Positions 1-10,187 of a DNA stretch of 32,000 nt are shown here, one piece after another. Below the pieces are notes generated by a model. It made no database searches. It was given only the letters and a program-made list of their open reading frames with translations, and had not been told where the DNA came from. How positions within the stretch are numbered: position 1 is the stretch's first letter; each line of letters opens with the position of its first letter. The stretch is from Gemmata obscuriglobus. GTDB taxonomy: Bacteria > Planctomycetota > Planctomycetia > Gemmatales > Gemmataceae. The stretch is taken from contig NZ_CP042911.1 of NCBI RefSeq assembly GCF_008065095.1, forward strand, positions 3,240,001-3,272,000. The letters are read 5' to 3'. Both the position numbers and the translations under genes were made by a program.

Positions 1-1
1 C

Positions 2-2602
2 GGCGCGACCGACGTGGCGTTCCACCCGAAAGGGAACGTGGTCGCGTCGGCGAGCGGGAACCAAGTTCACCTCTGGCACCCGACGACCGGTAAGCTCATC
101 AAGGTGCTGCTCCACCTGGGCAAGACCGACAAGCCCATCACGAGCATCGCGTTCAGCCCCGACGGCGAGCTGCTCGCGGTCGGCGGCGACGACTTCATCC
201 TGCGGGTGATTGAGTCCGACAGCGGGAAGGAAGTGTTCAAGAGCAACTCGCGGAACGCCCGCATCGAGCGGGTCGCGTTCTCGCCCAACGGCAAACTGGT
301 CGCGCTCGGCGACAACAACTCTCAGGTGGCGGTGTACGTGCCCCGGGGCAAGGGCAACCAGCTCGCGATGAGCGTGCAGGGCGTGGACCGGGGCGGGGTG
401 TTCGGGGTGGCGTTCGCGGCCGACAGCGGGAGCGTGTTCACCTGCGGGCTGGACGAGAAGGCCCGCCTCACGGCGGGGCCTGACCCCGACGGCAAGAGCG
501 CCGGGAACACGGCGACCAAGCTCCGCGAGTTCGTCGGGCACAGCGGCGCGGTCAACCGGCTGGCGGTGACGGCCGACGGCAAAACTCTGGTGACCTGCGG
601 CGAGGACCGGACGGTTCGCGTGTGGGACGTGGCCAGCGGGAAGGCGCTGCGGTCGTTCCAGGGGCACATGACGAAGGCCATCGCGGTCGCGGTGCGCGGC
701 GACGGGCAGCAGGTGGCGTCCGCGTCCGAGGACGGGGCCGTCCGCGTCTGGGACCTGAACGCCACCGACGAGCACCGCGCCCTGAAGGACGCGAAGGAGT
801 CGCTGTGGGCGGTCGCGGCCTCGCCGGACGGGAAGTGGGTCGCGGCCGCCGGGGCGGACCGGAGCATCCGCGTGTACAGCATGGAGGCCGGCAAGCTCGA
901 AGCCACCATCGACGCCGGCGCCGCGATGACCGCACTGGTGTTCCTGGACGGCAACCGGCTGGTGGCAAGCGGCGGCGACAAGGTCGTGAAGGTGTGGGAC
1001 CTCGCCGCGAAGAAGGTGCTCAAGGAGCTGAGCGGGCACACGCTCGCGGTGCTGACGGTGGCGGCGTCCCCAGACGGGAACCTGGTGGTGTCCGGTTCGG
1101 CCGACGCGAGCGTCCGCGGGTTCGCCCCGGACTCCGGAAAAGAGGTCTGGAAGTGGTCCGCGCGCAAGGCCGCGGTGGCGGTGGCGGTTCGGGCGGACGG
1201 GAAGCGGGTCGCGGTGGGCATCGCGGACGGCGGCCTGTCCGTGCTGGACGTGAGCGGCCCCGCGCCGCGCGAGCTTTCGACGCTGGCGGCGCACACCGCC
1301 GGCACGACGTGCGTCGCGTTCAGCCCGGACGGGAACCGGCTCGCGAGTGTGGGCGGGGACGGGGCGCTGCGGGTGTGGTCGGTGGGCACGGACGGGGCGC
1401 TCACGCAGCTCGTGCGGTTCGACGGCCCGGTCACCACGACCGGCACCGCCGCCGCGCCGCTCTCGACCGTCGCGTTCGCCCCCGACGGCCGGTACGTCGC
1501 CACCGCCGGGGCCGACGCGGTGGTCCGGGTGTGGGACATTCAGACCAAGAGCGAGGCGCGCGGGCTTCGCGGCCACACGGACTGGGTGACGTCCGTGGCG
1601 TTCAGCCCCAACGGCCAGTCGCTCGTGGCCGTCGCCGCGGAGAAGGACAACACGCTCCGCATCTTTGAGCTGCCGCAACTGGACGCCGCCAGCGCGGCCG
1701 GCGGCCACATGCTCGCGGTCAACGCGGTGGCCGTCAGCCCGAACGGGAAGCTCGTCGCGACCGCCGCGATCGACCACACCATCAAGGTCTGGGACATCGC
1801 GACCGGCAAGGAGGTGGCCACGCTCGTGGGCAACGCGGACACCCCGTTCGCGGTGTCGTTCGTGGGGAACGACGCGCTGGTGATGGGTGGCCGCGTGCCG
1901 ACCCGCGACAGCGGGCGGCTGCACCTCTGGGCGCTGAACCCGTCGCGCTCGACCGCGGTGCCGACCGGCGAGGTGTACACGGTGGTGACCGCGTCCGACG
2001 CGGCCCGGTTCGGCGCGTGGGCGTCGCGCCAGGCGGTGGGGGACACGGTCAGGAACAACGCCTTCGAGATATACGACGCGAAGGGCAAGCTGCTCTCCTC
2101 GACGCCCGACAAGGGCCGCAACGTGCGCTCCGCGACCTTCACCTCGGACCTCGCCTGGGCGGTGGCCGGGGACGAGTCCGGCACCCTCCGCGTCTTCGAC
2201 CTGGAGAAGGGCGAGCGGATCGGCGGGGACTGGCCGGTGTTCCAGCGCGGCTTCGCGGACCTGGGCGTGACGGCCGACAAGAAGCTGCTGGTCGCGGCCG
2301 ACGAGGAGGGCACGATCAAGATCGCTGACGTTGCCAAGCGGGACGTGATCGCCGACTGCCCGGCTCACAAGGCGGGGGTGCGGGCGCTGATCGTTTCGCC
2401 CACGGGCAAGACGTTCGTGACGCTCAGCAACGACCGCGAGATCAAGGCGTGGTCGCTGACCGAGTTCAAGGACAAGAAGGTCGTCGAGGTGCGGTCGTGG
2501 GTGGTGCCGGTGACGATCAACGGCGCCGCGTACACGCCGGACGGGAAGTCGGTGGTGACCGCCAACGCCGACGGCACTGCCTACGTGCTGGAACTGCCGT
2601 AA
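2..2602 (+). CDS. WD40-repeat beta-propeller protein, C-terminal ~860 aa (5' end lies outside the window)
   Basis: About 40-aa WD units recur many times across the ORF, e.g. GHSGAVNRLAVTADGKTLVTCGEDRTVRVWD, GHTDWVTSVAFSPNGQSLV, AVNAVAVSPNGKLVATAAIDHTIKVWD. The frame is already open from nt 2 (GATDVAFHPKGNVVASAS), so the GTG at 14 is probably internal. Confidence 0.85.
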   Translation, partial: GATDVAFHPKGNVVASASGNQVHLWHPTTGKLIKVLLHLGKTDKPITSIAFSPDGELLAVGGDDFILRVIESDSGKEVFKSNSRNARIERVAFSPNGKLVALGDNNSQVAVYVPRGKGNQLAMSVQGVDRGGVFGVAFAADSGSVFTCGLDEKARLTAGPDPDGKSAGNTATKLREFVGHSGAVNRLAVTADGKTLVTCGEDRTVRVWDVASGKALRSFQGHMTKAIAVAVRGDGQQVASASEDGAVRVWDLNATDEHRALKDAKESLWAVAASPDGKWVAAAGADRSIRVYSMEAGKLEATIDAGAAMTALVFLDGNRLVASGGDKVVKVWDLAAKKVLKELSGHTLAVLTVAASPDGNLVVSGSADASVRGFAPDSGKEVWKWSARKAAVAVAVRADGKRVAVGIADGGLSVLDVSGPAPRELSTLAAHTAGTTCVAFSPDGNRLASVGGDGALRVWSVGTDGALTQLVRFDGPVTTTGTAAAPLSTVAFAPDGRYVATAGADAVVRVWDIQTKSEARGLRGHTDWVTSVAFSPNGQSLVAVAAEKDNTLRIFELPQLDAASAAGGHMLAVNAVAVSPNGKLVATAAIDHTIKVWDIATGKEVATLVGNADTPFAVSFVGNDALVMGGRVPTRDSGRLHLWALNPSRSTAVPTGEVYTVVTASDAARFGAWASRQAVGDTVRNNAFEIYDAKGKLLSSTPDKGRNVRSATFTSDLAWAVAGDESGTLRVFDLEKGERIGGDWPVFQRGFADLGVTADKKLLVAADEEGTIKIADVAKRDVIADCPAHKAGVRALIVSPTGKTFVTLSNDREIKAWSLTEFKDKKVVEVRSWVVPVTINGAAYTPDGKSVVTANADGTAYVLELP

Positions 2603-2669
2603 CCGGCTGGAGGAAGCTTCGGAGCGCCGCTCCGTCGTTCGCGCGGTCGGATACCGGAACTGGTTCGCG

Positions 2670-3059
2670 GTGGGTCACTCGATTTGTCAGTTCGGCAAAG
2701 GAGGCTTCGCGGTGGGGCGGTCGCGGAAAGACAGCCGCCGGATCACCGTCGACGGTGTGGTGTACCGCTACACCATCTCCCCGAACGACGGGTTCGTCGC
2801 CCTGATCGCCCGCCCCGAGGGGGCTCGCGGCCAGCGGCTGTGGGTCGCGTTTCGCTACCACGACGACTGGGTGCCGGCCGGCGAAGGGGCGTCTCGGTCG
2901 GCTGGTCACCGACTGATCCTGCCGCGGGTCGTGCGACTGGCCCTCCTGGAAGGGCGGCGGCGTGGTTGGGACCCGTTGGCCACCACGCCGGATGTGTTCC
3001 GACTGTCGGACGCCGACACCTTGCTGCCGGCCGAGGAGTGGCCGCGGTTCAGCAGGTAG
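2670..3059 (+). CDS. hypothetical protein (no family recognised)
   Basis: ORF with strong GC bias at third codon positions. GGAGG at 2700-2704 sits 7 nt before an in-frame GTG at 2712, so the true start may be 2712 (115 aa). Confidence 0.5.
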   Translation: MGHSICQFGKGGFAVGRSRKDSRRITVDGVVYRYTISPNDGFVALIARPEGARGQRLWVAFRYHDDWVPAGEGASRSAGHRLILPRVVRLALLEGRRRGWDPLATTPDVFRLSDADTLLPAEEWPRFSR

Positions 3060-3204
3060 CGAATCGTGCTGTGGCAGTTCCGTCGCTCGGGGCCAACAAG
3101 GCAGGCCGAACGACCCGCTGCAGCGGAACTGGTGTCGTCGGGGCGGCGCGACTCGCTCGCAGGAACGCAGCTTCGCTCACCGCACCTCTCCCCGCGCTTG
3201 CGCC

Positions 3205-4419
<1,215 letters not shown>

Positions 4420-4547
4420 GGCAGGTCCTTGGGTGGCAGCAAATATCAGACGAATCTATTGGGGGACACGGGCGGTTGCTAGCGGTTTCGCTCGCCGCAC
4501 GCCGTTCTTGCCGGTAGTGGGGCGGAAAAGGCGCCCGGCGGCGCGGA

Positions 4548-4559
4548 GAACGGCCGTTC
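4548..4559. promoter_or_regulatory. perfect 12-bp palindrome GAACGGCCGTTC in the terC/eda divergent intergenic region (candidate operator)
   Basis: Read directly from the sequence. It lies 40-51 nt upstream of the eda ATG at 4599. No regulator can be assigned. Confidence 0.2.
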
Positions 4560-4598
4560 CCGGTTGCCAACCGCGTGCCGGGACCGGAGAATCCGTGC

Positions 4599-5246
4599 AT
4601 GAGCCGCGAACAAGACCTTCAGCGCGTCATCGACTGCGGAATCGTCGCCGTCGTGCGCTTCAGCGACCCCGGTCCGTTGGTCGAAGTCGTCAAAGCCCTG
4701 GCCGCCGGCGGAGTTACGGTGGCGGAAGTCACGTTCACTGTTCCGAACGCGCTGGACGTGATCCGCGAAGCCAAGAAGCAGCTCGGCGACCGCGTGCTGC
4801 TCGGCGCGGGCACAGTGCTCGACTCCGAAACGGCACGGGCCGCGTTCCTCGCGGGGGCCGAGTTCCTCGTCGCCCCGAGCCTGAACCTCGATGTGATCAA
4901 AATGGCCCGGCGGTACGACAAGCTCGTCATGCCCGGGGCGTTCACCCCGACAGAGGTCGTGACTGCGTGGGAGGCGGGCGCAGATGTCGTGAAGGTGTTC
5001 CCGGCCGATGTCGTTGGTCCGGCGTTCTTTAAGGCACTCAAGGGGCCGCTCCCGCAGGTGAAGTTGATGCCGACCGGCGGGGTCGACCTGAACACCGCGG
5101 GGGAGTTCCTGAAGGCCGGCGCCGTGTGCCTCGGCGTCGGCTCGCAACTCGTCGATCCCAAGCTGGTTGCGGCCGGGGAGTTCGGCCGCATCACGGAACT
5201 GGCCGCGCAGTACGTCGCGATCGTGAAACGGCACCGCGCCGGCTGA
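4599..5246 (+). CDS. eda: 2-dehydro-3-deoxyphosphogluconate (KDPG) / 4-hydroxy-2-oxoglutarate aldolase
   Basis: Collinear with E. coli Eda: ...AGGVTVAEVTF...LLGAGTVL...PG..TPTEV..A...GADVVKVFPA...MPTGGV.... The Schiff-base Lys context VKVFPA is present. ATG 4599 is preceded by GGAG at 4586-4589. The ORF-track start at 4575 is a GTG with no SD. Confidence 0.85.
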   Translation: MSREQDLQRVIDCGIVAVVRFSDPGPLVEVVKALAAGGVTVAEVTFTVPNALDVIREAKKQLGDRVLLGAGTVLDSETARAAFLAGAEFLVAPSLNLDVIKMARRYDKLVMPGAFTPTEVVTAWEAGADVVKVFPADVVGPAFFKALKGPLPQVKLMPTGGVDLNTAGEFLKAGAVCLGVGSQLVDPKLVAAGEFGRITELAAQYVAIVKRHRAG

Positions 5247-5265
5247 CCCGCACACGGAACCCATC

Positions 5266-6249
5266 ATGGCAGATGTCGTTACGTTCGGGGAGGCGATGGT
5301 GCGCCTCGCCCCGCCGAACTTTCAGCGCCTCGAACAGGCGCGTTCGCTCGACCTCGAAATCGGCGGCGCGGAGCTGAACACCGCGGCGGGGCTGGCCCGG
5401 CTCGGGCACCCGGTCGAGTGGGTGTCGCGGCTCCCCAACAACCCGCTCGGAGCGCTCATCACCAACCGCGTGCGCGAGGTGGGCGTTTCCGACCGGTTCG
5501 TGCAGTTCGCCGACGATGGGCGGTGCGGGCTGTACTTTTTGGAGTTCGGGGCGTCGCCGCGCGCCAGTTCCATCCTCTACGACCGCAAGGACTCGTCGGT
5601 CTCGCTGGCCCAGTGCGGGATGTTCGACTGGGAAGCCATCTTCCGCGGCGCGAAGTGGTTCCACGTGAGCGGCATCACGCCGGCGCTGTCGCCCGGGGCG
5701 GCGGAGGTCGTGGACGAGGCGATGCACGCGGCCCGCGACGCGGGCGTGAAGGTGTGCATGGACCTTAACTACCGCTCGAAGTTGTGGGGGTGCGAGCACG
5801 CGGCGGAGGTGCTCGGCATTCTCCTCCCGCAGGTGGACGCGCTGATCGCGAGCGAGGCCGATGCGGAACACCTGTTTGGGATCACCGGCGCTGACTTTGC
5901 GGAGGTTGCTGCGGGGCTGGTGAGCAGGTTCGGGGTGAAGACGGTGGTGGGAACGCGGCGCGAGGCCCCTTTGGTGTGGCGCAACCGGTTCGCCGCGGTC
6001 GGGTACACCGACGGCCGGACTTACGAATCCGCTTGGTACGAGGTCGAGATCGTGGACCGGCTCGGAGCCGGGGACGCGCTCGCCGCGGGGCTCATTCACG
6101 GGCTGCTCGACGGCGACCTGAAGAAGGGGCTCGATTACGGCGCCGCAATGGGCGCACTGAAGCACACACTCCCCGGCGATCTGCCCTGGCTCACGAAGGA
6201 CGAGGTCGAAGCCGCGATGCAGGGGCAGGGGCTTCGGATCAAGCGATAG
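5266..6249 (+). CDS. kdgK: 2-keto-3-deoxygluconate kinase (PfkB/ribokinase-family sugar kinase)
   Basis: Shows PfkB-family patterns: VVTFGEAMVRL...GGAELNTAAGLARLG at the N-terminus and the C-terminal DRLGAGDALAAGLIHGLL anion-hole motif. It follows eda by 19 nt, the usual eda-kdgK pairing. Confidence 0.8.
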   Translation: MADVVTFGEAMVRLAPPNFQRLEQARSLDLEIGGAELNTAAGLARLGHPVEWVSRLPNNPLGALITNRVREVGVSDRFVQFADDGRCGLYFLEFGASPRASSILYDRKDSSVSLAQCGMFDWEAIFRGAKWFHVSGITPALSPGAAEVVDEAMHAARDAGVKVCMDLNYRSKLWGCEHAAEVLGILLPQVDALIASEADAEHLFGITGADFAEVAAGLVSRFGVKTVVGTRREAPLVWRNRFAAVGYTDGRTYESAWYEVEIVDRLGAGDALAAGLIHGLLDGDLKKGLDYGAAMGALKHTLPGDLPWLTKDEVEAAMQGQGLRIKR

Positions 6250-6382
6250 CGCCGATCCAAGCGCCTTTAGGAACGGTGAAGGTGATTGCGGTTCGATGCT
6301 ACTCCGCTTTTGAGGCCGCGGCCCAATGGAAACGATCCAGACACCAGCGACCACCGATCCCATCGACAGCGAGAGCCGGACC

Positions 6383-6499
6383 ATGCGAACGTTCGTCTTC
6401 CAGGATGGCGAGTCGCACAAGTTCTGGAACGTCGAGATTTAGAGCGGCTTTACCGTCGCATTCGGTAAAGCCGGCTCGAAGGTCATCGAGCTTTGGTGA
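6383..6499 (+). pseudogene. remnant of a WGR-domain gene with an in-frame TAG
   Basis: The translation is MRTFVFQDGESHKFWNVEI-TAG(6440-6442)-SGFTVAFGKAGSKVIELW-TGA. The KFWxVE...FTVxFGKxG pattern is the WGR-domain core. Only ~38 codons remain and nothing recognisable follows. Confidence 0.5.
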
Positions 6500-6739
6500 A
6501 CTGACTTGGGTGCAACGCCGCTACGCGTCCCCGGGTTCGCCGAACAGCGTGAGTTACAACTATAGGTCGAGGCCGCACTAACGCTGCAGCCGATCACGAT
6601 CACGACCCGTGGCGCGGCTGAAGCTGTGCGACACGTGGTGTGCTTGTTGCCGCCAAGAGGGCGGACCTCATCTTGCCCGGTGCCGACCCAAACGAAAACA
6701 CCACAAGACAATCAACATCGTAGCTGTGCGGCACGGGCC

Positions 6740-8224
6740 TCACCGCTTTGGGGCGACGGCGTAGAGGTTCCCGCGCGTTAGCACGTACAGCACCCCGCCG
6801 GCGAACACCGGCGACGACTCGATGACCTTGTCGCACCCGTGCCTTGCGATCACCTTCTTCACCTTCGCCAGCTCCAGAACGTGGACCTCCCCCGCGTCGC
6901 TTCCCACGTACACCTTACCGTCTGCCACCAGCGGGCTGCCGTACACGCTGGCCCTGGTGTTGTGCGACCAGTACCGCTTGCCCGTCTTCTCGTCCAGGCA
7001 GTGGACGCTTCCGTGCCGATCGGCCGCGAGCACCAATCCGTCATGCACCGCGACCGACGAGAGCGAAAGGTGCATCCGGTCGGTTTCCCTCCACCCGCCG
7101 CCGGTAAATGTCCACACGACCGCGGAATTCGGGTTCGGCTGCCCCGGCTTCGGTCGTTCCCCGAGTTCGGGACTGACGTCGCCGGTCTTCGTCGGGTCGA
7201 TGCAGAACAGCCGCCCGGGGCCGGCCCCCCACTCGGGCGCGCGGCCGGTGGCGAAGAACACCCGCCCGTTGGCGAACACCGGCGTCGCCACCACCGCGTT
7301 GCGCTCGCTAGCCTCGGCCCCGCCGGTGAAGTCGAGCGGGGCGGACTTCGGGTTCGTGTCGAACTTCCAGATCAGCTTGCCGGTGCGCGCGTCGAACGAT
7401 CGCACCCACCCGTCGGCCTGCGGGTGGATCACCTGGGCCTTCCCGCCGACCTCGACCACGAGCGGGCTGGCGAAGTGGTCGCACATCATGTCTTTGCCCG
7501 GCGAGGCGTCCGACCACACCACCTTGCCGGTGTCCTTCTCCAGGCACACCAGCGACGGCGCGTCGGGCGCGGTTACGGTCTTTCCGTCCGCGTCCACTGC
7601 GTTCCCCGTCGGGACGTACAGGAGGTTCTTGTACGCCGCGGGCGAGCCGTGCGTCTCAGGCCCGGGGATCATCATCGCCTTCGGCGCGACCTTCAGCTCC
7701 TTCACCATGTCGAACTTCCACACCACGCGCGGCTCGCCCTTGGCAGAATAGAGCGGGGCGAGGTCGAGGCAGACGACCTCGCGGCGGTTGGTGCAGAACC
7801 ACAGCCGTTCGCCGGCGACAAGTGGCGACCCGGTGAGGCTCTGGCCCGGCCAGTCGGCGGGGAACATCCGCCGCGGCGAGACGTACCGGTACACCACCTT
7901 CCCGTCCGACGCGCGAACGCACGCCAGCACGGCGTTGTCGAGGCTTTCGTTCTTTGGGTCGGACAAGCGATCGGTGGTGCCGACCCACACGAAACCGCCG
8001 GCGACGATCGGCCCGCCCGACGCGTAGTACCCGCCCTCGATTCGCGTGGCCCACCGGATGTTCCGCGGCTTGCCGCGCTCGGTGGGGAACTGCCAGTCGG
8101 TCGGGGCGTTCCTCTCCGGGCTGACCGGGTTACGGTCGGGACCGCGCCCACCCATCGGCCAGTCCGCCGCCAGCGCCGGTACCGTAATCAGAACCCACAG
8201 GAACGCTCGGGCGGCTCGCATCAT
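6740..8224 (-). CDS. secreted PQQ-like (BamB-like) beta-propeller repeat protein
   Basis: Signal-like MMRAARAFLWVLITVPALA is followed by DWPMGGRGPDRNPVS. Repeats of the type G.V(Y/W)VG..D..L.C.D..TGK..W recur through the protein. Start placed at ATG 8224; the ORF-track start at 8257 is an upstream GTG. Confidence 0.8.
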   Translation of the reverse strand: MMRAARAFLWVLITVPALAADWPMGGRGPDRNPVSPERNAPTDWQFPTERGKPRNIRWATRIEGGYYASGGPIVAGGFVWVGTTDRLSDPKNESLDNAVLACVRASDGKVVYRYVSPRRMFPADWPGQSLTGSPLVAGERLWFCTNRREVVCLDLAPLYSAKGEPRVVWKFDMVKELKVAPKAMMIPGPETHGSPAAYKNLLYVPTGNAVDADGKTVTAPDAPSLVCLEKDTGKVVWSDASPGKDMMCDHFASPLVVEVGGKAQVIHPQADGWVRSFDARTGKLIWKFDTNPKSAPLDFTGGAEASERNAVVATPVFANGRVFFATGRAPEWGAGPGRLFCIDPTKTGDVSPELGERPKPGQPNPNSAVVWTFTGGGWRETDRMHLSLSSVAVHDGLVLAADRHGSVHCLDEKTGKRYWSHNTRASVYGSPLVADGKVYVGSDAGEVHVLELAKVKKVIARHGCDKVIESSPVFAGGVLYVLTRGNLYAVAPKR

Positions 8225-8407
8225 CTCCTCCGAACGTGGGACGCACTCCTTATCCACCGGCGCCCGGTATCAGCCACCGGACCGCGGTGCCATCACGGTT
8301 CGGGCCGAGCCAGCGGGCCAGTTGCCCCCGGCGGCGGCCGCAACGGAACCGAGCCGTTCCGGCAGTGCAATGGGGACCCGCCTGACCGGCATCGGAGAAC
8401 CGGGGCA

Positions 8408-9694
8408 TTACGCTTTCGGCTTGCGGACGTCGTAGACGAACAGGAGTTCGTAATCCCGGAGGATCAGTCGGCCGCCCGCGATCACCGGGTGCGCCCACAC
8501 CTTGCCCTGTTTGGGGCGCAACTTGCTCTTCTGGGGGATCGCGAACTTGCCCGATTCCACGTACCCCGTCTCGGCGGCCTTCACGCGGGCCAGGGTGCCG
8601 TCGTTCTCGGAGTAGCAGTACAGGAACCCGTCCGCGAAACTGACCGACCCTTTGCCCACCCCCTTGTTCTGCCACACCGCCTCGTCGCCCCCCTTCTTCA
8701 TGTCGAAGCACACCCACCCGGAGCTGTCGCTGTGGCCGTAGATGTAATCGCCCACCCGCACCACCCCGCCGTGGTGGTTGGCCACCACCTTGTTCTTCGT
8801 GTACACCTCGGTCGCCTTGGTGCCGTCGCCGTCCTTCTCCAGCTTGAAGCACTCGCACCCGGCCCCGTACCCGGCCGTGAAGAACACGTAGTTGTCGTGG
8901 AGCACGGGCGTCGGGATGACCGCGGTCCGGCGCCCGATCCCGCCCACCTTCCACAACAGTTTGCCGTCGCTCGCCCGCACCCCGACGCCCGACGCCATCG
9001 TTTGCTGCACGTACTGCCGCACCCCGCCCACCTCGGTGACCAGGATCGACGAGTACGCGGCCCCGTCGGTCAGTTCTTTGCACTGCCACACCGTTTTGCC
9101 GGTCCGCTTGTCGAGCGCGATCATCCCGCCCTTGTTCCCCGGCGTCACGAGCAGCTTGTCGCCGTCCACGAGCGGGCTCTCGCTGTAGCCCCAGATCGGG
9201 ATGCCGCCGCCGTAGTCCTTCACCAGATTCTTGGACCAGCGGATGTCACCCTTTTCCGCCCCCAGACACACCAGGTCGCCGGTGACCCCGAGTACGTACA
9301 GGGCGTCCCCGTCCACGGTCGGCGTTGACCGCGGGCCGCCGCCCCAGCCGTCGCTGAACTTCCCCGGTGTGGTCTCCAGGTTCTGGCGCCACACGCGGTT
9401 CCCGTCCTTCAGGTCCAGGCAGGTGACGAACTCGGCCGCGGTCTGTTTCGCCCCGTCGGCCCCGATGATGTACATCCGGTTTCCGACCACTGCGGGGGAG
9501 CCGTAGCCGGTGCCGACTTTGTCCGCGTCGGTCAGGGACCAGAGCAGCTTCGGCCCGTCCGCCGGCCACGCGCCGAGGAGTGCCGTATCCGCGGAGTGGC
9601 CGTCGCGGTTCGGCCCGCGCCACTGCGGCCAGTCGCCGGCGGAGGCGATCGTGCCGCAGGCCAAAAGACCCAAAAGCGTGCGGAACCAGGTCAT
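8408..9694 (-). CDS. secreted PQQ-like (BamB-like) beta-propeller repeat protein, paralog of the downstream gene
   Basis: MTWFRTLLGLLACGTIASAG signal followed by DWPQWRGPNRDGHS. Propeller repeats include ...MYIIGADG...CLDLKDGNRVW and ...LYVLGVTGDLVCLGAEKGDIRW. Start placed at ATG 9694. The 45 upstream codons of the ORF are Arg/Pro-rich and unlikely to be coding. Confidence 0.85.
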   Translation of the reverse strand: MTWFRTLLGLLACGTIASAGDWPQWRGPNRDGHSADTALLGAWPADGPKLLWSLTDADKVGTGYGSPAVVGNRMYIIGADGAKQTAAEFVTCLDLKDGNRVWRQNLETTPGKFSDGWGGGPRSTPTVDGDALYVLGVTGDLVCLGAEKGDIRWSKNLVKDYGGGIPIWGYSESPLVDGDKLLVTPGNKGGMIALDKRTGKTVWQCKELTDGAAYSSILVTEVGGVRQYVQQTMASGVGVRASDGKLLWKVGGIGRRTAVIPTPVLHDNYVFFTAGYGAGCECFKLEKDGDGTKATEVYTKNKVVANHHGGVVRVGDYIYGHSDSSGWVCFDMKKGGDEAVWQNKGVGKGSVSFADGFLYCYSENDGTLARVKAAETGYVESGKFAIPQKSKLRPKQGKVWAHPVIAGGRLILRDYELLFVYDVRKPKA

Positions 9695-9762
9695 AGCTGT
9701 CTCGGAACGGGAAGGGAGGCGGGCGAGGCGGAGCGGCGCCTCAGGTGTGCGGTAATGGTACA

Positions 9763-9792
9763 CACTATCGCCGGGGCGCCGCCGTGCGTCAA
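9763..9792 (-). promoter_or_regulatory. candidate sigma70-like promoter for the PQQ-like propeller genes
   Basis: On the minus strand, TTGACG (9792-9787), an 18-nt spacer, then ATAGTG (9768-9763), about 70 nt upstream of ATG 9694. This rests on hexamer resemblance only. Confidence 0.25.
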
Positions 9793-10187
9793 GGGGGCGA
9801 TAACGAGTCGGGAGACGGGGAACTCGCACATCGCCCGACGAATTGGCTGCGGGTGCCGGTCACACGACCCGTCAGTCCCGAAATGTCTGTGCGCTTCGTA
9901 GATAATACTGCCGCTGGAACGAGCGCGGGACGGGCCGATCGCAAATGACGCTGACGCCCGCACCCCGCGTAATCGAAGTGATGTCGAACGGCCCTTTCGA
10001 ACACCCGTATTGTGTGAGAAGTGCCGCGAGCACTGCGAGGGGCCAAAATTGAGAAGAAACGGAAAGCCGATCGATAAGCGGACCGTCACATCCGCAACCC
10101 GACCGGCTGTGTGCTGATGCTGTGGTGGCTTTCTTTGAGAGACCCTGTCAATCATCCCCGGGTAACAGGGCGCGTAGACAAGAACAG

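Noticed and set aside
322-1668. Long alternate-frame and antisense ORFs inside the WD40 gene (322-1539 minus, 622-1668 plus, and others)
   Set aside because: They overlap a gene with an unmistakable repeat signature, and their translations are Arg/Pro/Ala-rich junk.
4420-4598. Possible yybP-ykoY (Mn) riboswitch upstream of the TerC-family gene
   Set aside because: Reading the minus-strand leader, I could not find the conserved GGGGAGUAG-type core. A GTAGTGGGG string occurs only on the opposite strand. A covariance-model scan would be decisive.
6286-6711. ORFs 6286-6468 (plus) and 6439-6711 (minus) in the kdgK-propeller gap
   Set aside because: Their composition is non-coding-like. The only recognisable signal in this gap is the short WGR remnant in a different frame.
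6839-9328. 829-aa plus-strand ORF spanning both PQQ-like genes and their intergenic spacer
   Set aside because: It is antisense to two well-supported genes. Its translation is Arg/Pro/Gly/His-rich low-complexity sequence, typical of stop-free antisense frames in high-GC DNA. No motif was recognised.
9695-9829. N-terminal ORF-track extensions at 9695-9829, 19516-19590, 15803-15922, 25008-25244, 22588-22749, 30634-30885 and 8225-8257
   Set aside because: In each case a downstream start gives a canonical N-terminus or signal peptide, often with an SD. The extension is Arg/Pro-rich and/or overlaps the upstream gene.
9695-10187. ~490-nt lower-GC spacer after nuoN, examined for a tRNA, sRNA, small ORF or intrinsic terminator
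   Set aside because: There is no cloverleaf or T-loop signature. Only weak hairpins are present: ccctgt/acaggg near 10143-10170 and gcgga/tccgc at 10078-10095, the latter followed by a moderately U-rich tract. A 35-codon ATG ORF has no support.
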